Below are positions 1-4,967 of a stretch of DNA of 5,696 nucleotides, in pieces (the first letter of the stretch is position 1; each line of letters starts with the position of its first letter). The translations under genes and the position numbers were made by a program. This DNA is from Longivirga aurantiaca (lineage in GTDB: Bacteria; Actinomycetota; Actinomycetes; S36-B12; CAIYMF01): the NCBI RefSeq assembly GCF_042660085.1, contig NZ_JBHSTI010000028.1, positions 1-5,696 on the forward strand, written 5' to 3'. Under the pieces are notes generated by a model. That model was not told the origin of the DNA. It searched no databases and saw only the letters and a program-made list of their open reading frames with translations.

Positions 1-569
1 TCTGCGAGCACACCGGGCTGCCCTGGCCGCTGGCCGGGCCCGCCGCACACATGCTCGTGCTCGAGACCGAGAGCGCGGCGCCGGGCGAGGTCGCGATGGA
101 GCTGCCCGACGACCTCGACGTCGTGGTGGCCATCGACGCCGCCGACAAGGCGCGCTTCTGGACCTACCGCGAGGCCGCCGGCGAGGCTGTGACGGCGCAG
201 CACGTCGCGCACCGCTTCGACGTGACGGTGCCCCGCCACGACTGGGACGCGTTCGTGGCCGACGCCGTCTCGCGGCTGCGCGAGGTGCCCGACGTCTCGC
301 ACGTGTACGCGTTCGGGCACCTGTACGACGGCAACCTGCACGTCGAGGTGATCGGCCCCGACGCGGATGACGAGCGCGCCGACGCCGTCGTGCTGCAGTG
401 CGTGGCCGATCATGGCGGCTCGATCTCGGCCGAGCACGGCGTGGGGCGCGCGAAGGCGGCGTACCTCCACCTGTCCCGAACGTCGGCCGAGCTCGCGCTG
501 ATGCGCTCGGTCAAGGACGCCGTCGACCCGCACGGGCTGTTCAACCCCGGAGCCCTGTTCGCCGGCTGA
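1..569 (+). CDS. FAD-linked oxidase (GlcD / D-lactate dehydrogenase-like), C-terminal portion; the 5' end lies upstream of the window
   Basis: Frame 3 is open from base 3 to the TGA at 567-569, so track ORF 51..569 only marks the first in-window Met. The translation carries FAD-oxidase C-terminal domain hallmarks: HVYAFGHLYDGNLHVEV and GGSISAEHGVGRAKAAYL...VKDAVDPHGLFNPG. Third-position GC is high. Confidence 0.85.
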   Translation, partial: CEHTGLPWPLAGPAAHMLVLETESAAPGEVAMELPDDLDVVVAIDAADKARFWTYREAAGEAVTAQHVAHRFDVTVPRHDWDAFVADAVSRLREVPDVSHVYAFGHLYDGNLHVEVIGPDADDERADAVVLQCVADHGGSISAEHGVGRAKAAYLHLSRTSAELALMRSVKDAVDPHGLFNPGALFAG

Positions 570-610
570 CCGCCGTACGGCGACGGCACCAAGATCACGA
601 GTTCGGGTCA

Positions 611-636
611 GATCGTGCAGTTCAACTGCCGTGATC
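611..636. promoter_or_regulatory. Imperfect extended palindrome GATCgtGCAGTT-c-AACTGCcgtGATC; candidate operator upstream of the phosphodiesterase gene
   Basis: The core GCAGTT c AACTGC (617-629) is a perfect 6+6 inverted repeat. The outer GATC half-sites (611-614 and 633-636) are also symmetric. It lies in the relatively AT-rich spacer between the oxidase stop (569) and the phosphodiesterase start. Confidence 0.25.
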
Positions 637-751
637 GACCCTAGGGGTGGAGAGCGCGAGCTCGGTCGCGGGAGAACGAGCGACCGGGTGTTCATCGCGG
701 TGTGGTCGTGTCGTGGGGCGTTGGACGCCGGGCGCTGCCACGATTACCGCC

Positions 752-1717
752 GTGCACCATCCGCCTGTGCGACCCCAGGTCGTCGCGCACCGTGGCTCGA
801 GCGCCGACGCCCCCGAGCACACCCTCGACGCCTATCTCCGCGCCCTCGCCGACGGCGCCGACGCCCTCGAGTGCGACGTGCGCCTGACCGCCGACGGCCA
901 TCTCGTGTGCGTCCACGACCGCACGATCGACCGCACGAGCGACGGCCGCGGTGTCGTCTCGGTCATGACCCTCGACGAGCTCCACGACCACGACTTCGGC
1001 GCCTACCGCAAGGAGCAGGCGCCGCTGACCCGGCGCGAACGTCGGCGTCAGGCGATGCTGAGCTTCGGGCGCGACTTCGCCCCGTTCGACTCCGGCCCCT
1101 TCCTCGTCGCCGCGACCGGCACGTCGGCGGGAGTCAGCGCGGAGAAGCCCGAGGCCGGAGGTCGCGACGGCGCCGGTCCGATGCTCGAGGACGAGCCCCT
1201 CGTGATGGATGAGGCGCGGCACCGCGTGCTCACCCTCGACCGCCTCCTCGAGCTCGTGCTCGACTCCGACCGCGAGGTGGGCCTCGCGATCGAGACCAAG
1301 CACCCCACGCGCTACGCCGGCCTCGTCGAGGAGCGGGTCGCCCAGACGCTGAGGCGGTTCGGGCTCGCCCGTCCGCGGACCGAGAACGACCAGCGCATCC
1401 GGGTCATGAGCTTCAGCCAGCTGTCGGTCCGGCGCATGCGCGCGATGACCCCGGGCCTGCCGACCGTGTTCCTCATGGAGCGCGTCCCGCTCCGCTTCCG
1501 CGACGGCTCGCTCCCCTTCGGCGCACGCATCGCAGGGCCCTCGATCGACATCGTGCGGCAGTACCCGCGGTACGTCGACCGCGTTCACCGCCAGGGCAAC
1601 GCGGTGCACGTGTGGACCGTCGACGACCCCGCCGACGTCGAACTGTGCGTGCGCCTCGGCGTCGACGCGATCATCTCCAACCACCCGCGGATGGTCGCCG
1701 AGCACCTCGGCCTCTGA
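752..1717 (+). CDS. Glycerophosphodiester phosphodiesterase (GDPD family, GlpQ/UgpQ-like)
   Basis: Track ORF 647..1717. The GDPD catalytic N-terminus is present: VVAHRGSSADAPEHTLDAYLRALADGADALECDVRLTADGHLVCVHDRTIDRTSDG. The C-terminal part reads HVWTVDD...GVDAIISNHP, ending at TGA 1715-1717. The start is uncertain. Codons 647-751 have visibly poorer GC3 than the rest, so I prefer the in-frame GTG at 752. GTG 767 and GTG 647 are alternatives. A weak -10-like CACGAT (739-744) sits 7 nt before GTG 752. Confidence 0.85.
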   Translation: MHHPPVRPQVVAHRGSSADAPEHTLDAYLRALADGADALECDVRLTADGHLVCVHDRTIDRTSDGRGVVSVMTLDELHDHDFGAYRKEQAPLTRRERRRQAMLSFGRDFAPFDSGPFLVAATGTSAGVSAEKPEAGGRDGAGPMLEDEPLVMDEARHRVLTLDRLLELVLDSDREVGLAIETKHPTRYAGLVEERVAQTLRRFGLARPRTENDQRIRVMSFSQLSVRRMRAMTPGLPTVFLMERVPLRFRDGSLPFGARIAGPSIDIVRQYPRYVDRVHRQGNAVHVWTVDDPADVELCVRLGVDAIISNHPRMVAEHLGL

Positions 1718-1793
1718 CCCCCGCGTCCGCCGTCCCCGAGCTCCGCCGTACGGCGCCCGGCCGACCGCGGCCGCCCGGAGCCCGGCCGTGCGC

Positions 1794-1834
1794 GTGCACC
1801 GCTCGGGCGCGGTGCACCCCGACTCGCATAGGCT
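1794..1834 (+). promoter_or_regulatory. Perfect 9-bp inverted repeat (GTGCACCGC-N6-GCGGTGCAC, 1794-1817) followed by a -10-like TAGGCT (1829-1834); candidate operator plus leaderless promoter of the DUF5926 gene
   Basis: I verified the inverted-repeat arms base by base. TAGGCT fits the actinobacterial TANNNT -10 pattern and ends 7 nt before GTG 1842, the spacing expected if the GTG is at or near the transcription start. Confidence 0.3.
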
Positions 1835-1841
1835 CCCGGCC

Positions 1842-2804
1842 GTGGCCAAGAACAAGCGCGGTGCAGGTGCCCCCAGCTCGACCTCCGTCGGCGACGCCGA
1901 CATCCCCGTGGTCGGAGGGCGCGAGCCCTGCCCGTGCGGGAGCGGGCGCCGCTACAAGGCGTGCCACGGGCGGGCCGCCGCCACACTCGTCCGTCGCCCG
2001 TTCGAGGGGCTCGCGGGCGAGTGCGACTGGGTCGCGCTCAAGGAGATCGTGCCGAGCGCGACCGCGGCGCTGACCCTCGCCCCCGAGCAGGCGAAGGCGG
2101 CGGATGGCCGTCCCGTCACCCTCGCGACCGTCCTCCCCCTCGCCTGGCCCGCGCTCGTGCGCACCGACGGCGCCGTGTTCGTCGGCCTGCAGACCCCCAC
2201 CTCGAGCGACGACGCGAGCCGCGACATCGCCGACTCCCTCCTGCGCGCCCTCGTGAGCGAGCACGGCAGCCCCGTGCCGCCGTCGCGCCCCGGCCCCGGC
2301 CCGCGCCTGCAGGACGTGCTCATCGCGGATGCGCCGCTCGAGGTCACCGTGCACAGCGGCTTCGACTTCTGGATCGAGGGCAGCGGCGCCGAGACCACCG
2401 ACGACGTCGCCGCCTCGCTCGAGCGCGCCAACTCCTCGGTCGTCCCCACGAGGCGGCTCACGGGCGTCGAGGCGGCGTACTGGTGCCGCATCGGCCCCAA
2501 GGAGCACCTCCGCTGGGTCCTGCCGTACGACGAGGAGCCGCTGCTCGACGCGCTCGCGCGCCTGCACGTCGCCGGGGGCGACACCCTCGGCGACGGCACC
2601 CGTCTCATCGGCACCTTCCGCGCCCACGGCCTGCTCGTGCCCGTCTGGGACCTCGTGCCCGGGGCCGAGGCCGACGACGTCGAGGGGCCCGCAGCGGCGT
2701 TCGCGGCCCGGCTCACCGAGGCCCTGGCCACGACCGGCGACCTCACGACCGACGAGCGGCACGCCCGCGCCGGCCTCAGCAACCGCCAGGTGACGCTGCG
2801 CTGA
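1842..2804 (+). CDS. DUF5926-type actinobacterial protein with an N-terminal SEC-C metal-binding motif
   Basis: Track ORF 1788..2804. The SEC-C motif CPCGSGRRYKACHG is encoded at 1929-1970, preceded by a basic N-terminus (VAKNKRGAG...). GC3 is high throughout and the stop is TGA 2802-2804. I prefer the start at in-frame GTG 1842 because of the -10-like element upstream and the typical basic N-terminus. GTG 1788 is the alternative. Confidence 0.85.
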   Translation: MAKNKRGAGAPSSTSVGDADIPVVGGREPCPCGSGRRYKACHGRAAATLVRRPFEGLAGECDWVALKEIVPSATAALTLAPEQAKAADGRPVTLATVLPLAWPALVRTDGAVFVGLQTPTSSDDASRDIADSLLRALVSEHGSPVPPSRPGPGPRLQDVLIADAPLEVTVHSGFDFWIEGSGAETTDDVAASLERANSSVVPTRRLTGVEAAYWCRIGPKEHLRWVLPYDEEPLLDALARLHVAGGDTLGDGTRLIGTFRAHGLLVPVWDLVPGAEADDVEGPAAAFAARLTEALATTGDLTTDERHARAGLSNRQVTLR

Positions 2805-2829
2805 CGCCGCCACCTCGGCACTGCACATC

Positions 2830-2881
2830 CGGACCTCGTGCTGATCCGCGCTCTCCACGACGCGGATCGGCACGAGGTCCG
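2830..2881 (+). terminator. Long stem-loop (21-bp stem, 10-nt loop) 26 nt after the DUF5926 stop; likely a factor-independent terminator without a U-tract
   Basis: 2830-2850 pairs with 2861-2881 and the loop is CTCTCCACGA. The only non-Watson-Crick position (2842 T / 2869 G) is a G-U wobble in the plus-strand RNA but an A-C mismatch in the minus-strand RNA, which favours function in the plus transcript. No U-run follows. Confidence 0.5.
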
Positions 2882-2924
2882 CGACGTGTCGGGAGGGGGC
2901 AGCCGGGGGGCGCGTCACCCCGGA

Positions 2925-2976
2925 CAGAAGAAAGCGATCGGACGTCACCGACGGGGGATGCAGTGACGTCCGATCG
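2925..2976 (-). terminator. Intrinsic terminator-like hairpin (perfect 14-bp stem, 14-nt loop) followed by a U-rich tract on the minus strand
   Basis: CGATCGGACGTCAC (2935-2948) pairs with GTGACGTCCGATCG (2963-2976). Read on the minus strand, the hairpin is followed by CUUUCUUCUGU (2934-2924). It lies about 130 nt downstream of the UPF0016 stop at 3107. Confidence 0.5.
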
Positions 2977-3106
2977 GATATAAACGTAAACGCTCCCACC
3001 GGGAAAGGGCAAGCGGTCCCCCGGGATCCCAGGGATTTCCTTTAGGTTTTCTTGAGGTAGCGCCGCTGGACGACCGGAAATGGTCTGGACCGATCTCGGC
3101 CGGCCC

Positions 3107-3742
3107 TCAGGAACGGACGAGCTCCACCAGGGTGACGACGGAGAGCAGCGCCAGGAGGCCGCCCGAGACCAGGCGGACGCGCCACAGCGGCACCCGCTGC
3201 TGCAGCCACGAACCGGCGAGCGTGCCGATGCCCGCGACCGTCGCGAGCGCGAGCCAGGCCCCCAGGAACACCGAGATCGGGAGGCCGGTGCGCGCGGCCT
3301 GGCCGGCCGTGACGAGCTGGGTGAGGTCGCCCCACTCGGCGGTGAAGATCACCGCGAACGTCGTGCCGAACGCCGCGAGCCGGGTGGACCCCGGCTTGGC
3401 CTTGGCCGCGATCTCCTCCTCCTCCGCGGCCTCCTCGGCCGCCTCCTCCTCGCGGGCCCGGAGGCCGCCGCGCACGAGGATGACCGCACCGACCGCGAAC
3501 AGGGTCGCGGTCACGCCGAGCACCAGCTTCTCCGGCAGCAGCGAGAGCAGCTGTCCGGCCACGACCGCGATCACCATCTGGATGCCGAAGGCGAGGGTGG
3601 CCCCCAGCCACACCACGAGGCGCGGGAACCGGGCGGCGAGGACGAGGGTCGCGATGAAGGACTTGTCCGGGAGCTCGGCCGGGAAGATGACGGCGAAGGT
3701 GGCGAGCAGAACTCCGAGGTCGAACCAGGACACCTGCGTCAT
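3107..3742 (-). CDS. UPF0016 / GDT1-TMEM165 family membrane cation (Mn2+/Ca2+-type) transporter, 211 aa
   Basis: This is the internal part of track ORF 3107..3925. The ATG at 3742-3740 gives MTQVSWFDLGVLL.... The two-repeat 3+3 TM architecture is present, with family signature motifs E-L-P-D-K-S (3676-3659) and E-W-G-D-L-T (3337-3320). An acidic central loop (REEEAAEEAAEEEE) separates the repeats. GGGAGA lies immediately upstream of the ATG, and the ATG overlaps the upstream gene's TGA (ATGA). Confidence 0.85.
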   Translation of the reverse strand: MTQVSWFDLGVLLATFAVIFPAELPDKSFIATLVLAARFPRLVVWLGATLAFGIQMVIAVVAGQLLSLLPEKLVLGVTATLFAVGAVILVRGGLRAREEEAAEEAAEEEEIAAKAKPGSTRLAAFGTTFAVIFTAEWGDLTQLVTAGQAARTGLPISVFLGAWLALATVAGIGTLAGSWLQQRVPLWRVRLVSGGLLALLSVVTLVELVRS

Positions 3743-4869
3743 TCTCCCGGAACCGGGCGGCCGCTCCGACCGCCCGGCATCCGGTTCACCGGGCGGTACG
3801 GCGAGATCTCCGGCAGCGGAGGCGTCCGCGGACCGCTCCAGGGCGCGGGGACCGCGTCGATCCGGCGTGCGAGCTCGTACGCCGAGTGCTCGTAGTTGAC
3901 CCGCCAGCCGCGAAAGTGCGGCCACGCCTCCTCCGGCGTCCGGCTCATGAGGTAGCCGAAGTCCGACAGCATCGCGTAGGCCTCGGCGAACTGCTCGTAC
4001 GGCAGCTCGATCTCGGTGTCCGGGTCGGGGTCGTCATCGACCGGGATGCCCTCGGCCCGGGCGATGTCGTGGATCGCCACGATGCCCTGGCGCAGCGCGA
4101 CGCGCGCCGGCCCCTGCGGGTTGTGGGGGTTGCAGGCGAGCTCGAACGCCGCGGAGTCGAGCACGGCGAGCAGCGCGACGAGCCAGTTGCGGTGGGGCTG
4201 GGCCGAGCGCACGTGGATGAGCACGGGGTAGTTCGTGTGGCTCTCGGCGACGTCCGCCGCCCACCGCTCCCAGTCGCGCCACAGGGTCGCGAGCTCGCCC
4301 GAGGAGTTCACGATCGCGTGCCGGCCGACGATCTCCGGCCCCCAGTTGGGCTCGCCGCCGCGCGCGTAGAGCAGGGCGACGTCGACCTCGCGCCGGTTGT
4401 AGGCGGCGTACAGGCTCGGCAGGTAACCGATGAGGAGGCCGACCACGACCGGGCCCGTCGCCGCTGCGATGAAGTCGATGGCCGTGAGCTGACCGCGGTC
4501 GGTGCTCGCGAAGCCCAGCGTGAACAGGCTCGACCCCGCTTCGCGGAACGACGCCGCCCAGTCCAGCGGCGAGAACGAGAAGAGCAGGAACGTGAAGCCC
4601 ACGAACAGCAGCCCGAGCCAGGTGGCCAGCGTGATGATGAGCGAGGTCGGTGCGGCGTACGCCAGCACCGCGTCGCGGGCGGCGTACGTCGTGGTGCGGT
4701 GCGCCACGAACCGGTAGGCGCCGAGCGTGGCGCGCAGCACCGAGGCCGACAGCTTGCTGCGGACGCCGCGGGGCACGACCAGGGTGCGCAGGATCGAGGA
4801 CCCGACGGCCAGCACGATGGCGAGGCCCACGAGGAAGCACAGGATCGAGACGGGCAGCGAGGTCGTCAC
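3739..4869 (-). CDS. Hypothetical integral membrane protein with a degenerate channel-pore-like segment and a roughly 200 aa C-terminal soluble domain of unknown function
   Basis: Track ORF 3739..4944, with high GC3. Hydrophobic helices are VSILCFLVGLAIVLAVGSSIL, SLIITLATWLGLLFVGFTFLLFSF and AIDFIAAATGPVVVGLLIGYL. The segment SSLFTLGFASTD lies between the last two. I prefer the start at GTG 4869 because codons 4944-4870 have clearly lower GC3 and encode a non-hydrophobic Arg-rich leader. GTG 4944 is the alternative. The stop TGA at 3741-3739 overlaps the next gene's ATG. Confidence 0.75.
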   Translation of the reverse strand: MTTSLPVSILCFLVGLAIVLAVGSSILRTLVVPRGVRSKLSASVLRATLGAYRFVAHRTTTYAARDAVLAYAAPTSLIITLATWLGLLFVGFTFLLFSFSPLDWAASFREAGSSLFTLGFASTDRGQLTAIDFIAAATGPVVVGLLIGYLPSLYAAYNRREVDVALLYARGGEPNWGPEIVGRHAIVNSSGELATLWRDWERWAADVAESHTNYPVLIHVRSAQPHRNWLVALLAVLDSAAFELACNPHNPQGPARVALRQGIVAIHDIARAEGIPVDDDPDPDTEIELPYEQFAEAYAMLSDFGYLMSRTPEEAWPHFRGWRVNYEHSAYELARRIDAVPAPWSGPRTPPLPEISPYRPVNRMPGGRSGRPVPGE

Positions 4870-4955
4870 CCGACCGCACCCCGACCCTGCCTCAGTGCCA
4901 CGTGCCGACAGTACGCGCCGTCGACGCGGTGGACCGGGCACCACGTCGGCGCCGA

Positions 4956-4967
4956 TACCCTTGCGCT
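4956..4967 (+). promoter_or_regulatory. A -10-like TACCCT placed 6 nt before GTG 4968; candidate leaderless promoter of the DUF4446 gene
   Basis: TACCCT (4956-4961) fits TANNNT. The 6-nt spacer TGCGCT puts GTG 4968 at the expected transcription start. No Shine-Dalgarno sequence is visible upstream. Confidence 0.25.

Noticed and set aside
567-590. Palindrome GCCGTACGGC (572-581) right after the oxidase stop, considered as a terminator
   Set aside because: As a hairpin it would have only a 2-nt loop (CGCCG-TA-CGGCG) and no U-tract. It is too weak to call and is probably a chance GC-rich palindrome.
692-1903. 403 aa minus-strand ORF antisense to the phosphodiesterase gene
   Set aside because: It is a shadow ORF of a high-GC gene. 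The product is an Arg/Ala/Gly/Pro-rich low-complexity string with no motif, whereas the plus-strand frame carries unmistakable GDPD motifs and the proper GC3 bias.
1671-2999. 442 aa minus-strand ORF, and the 349 aa (1934..2983) and 289 aa (1952..2821) ORFs overlapping the DUF5926 gene
   Set aside because: They are off-frame or antisense shadow ORFs with Arg/Gly/Pro-rich nonsense products. The 1842..2804 frame has the SEC-C motif and the expected codon bias. The 442 aa ORF would also run through both intergenic hairpins.
2776-3012. 78 aa minus-strand ORF inside the convergent spacer, considered as a possible small protein
   Set aside because: It starts in the AT-rich island without a ribosome-binding site, reads through both hairpins and into the 3' end of the DUF5926 gene antisense, and has poor codon bias. 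An RNA or terminator explanation fits better.
3405-3460. CTC/GCC-rich simple-sequence run (ctcctcctcctccgcggcctcctcggccgcctcctcctc), considered as a possible tandem repeat or contingency locus
   Set aside because: It is the in-frame coding sequence of the Glu/Ala acidic central loop of the UPF0016 protein. It is irregular rather than a perfect microsatellite, and an acidic loop is a normal family feature.
3080-3899. Plus-strand ORFs 3080..3895 and 3132..3899, and minus-strand ORF 3042..3611, overlapping the UPF0016 gene
   Set aside because: They are antisense or alternate-frame artefacts. Only the 3107..3742 minus frame gives a coherent 6-TM protein with the duplicated family motif.
3743-3925. 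5' extension of the UPF0016 ORF to 3925 (272 aa version)
   Set aside because: The extension (MAALSRLAGQLRALGVRARTPDRRGP...) is non-hydrophobic, is not part of the family architecture, and lies entirely within the better-supported upstream gene in another frame. ATG 3742, with the ATGA overlap and the GGGAGA upstream, is the natural start.
3743-4967. Looked for a yybP-ykoY-type Mn2+ riboswitch ahead of the UPF0016 transporter or its operon
   Set aside because: There is no untranslated leader before the UPF0016 gene because it overlaps the upstream CDS. The 98-bp region upstream of the operon is too short and shows none of the conserved four-helix or GGGGAGUAG-type features I know. This was not verified by a covariance model.
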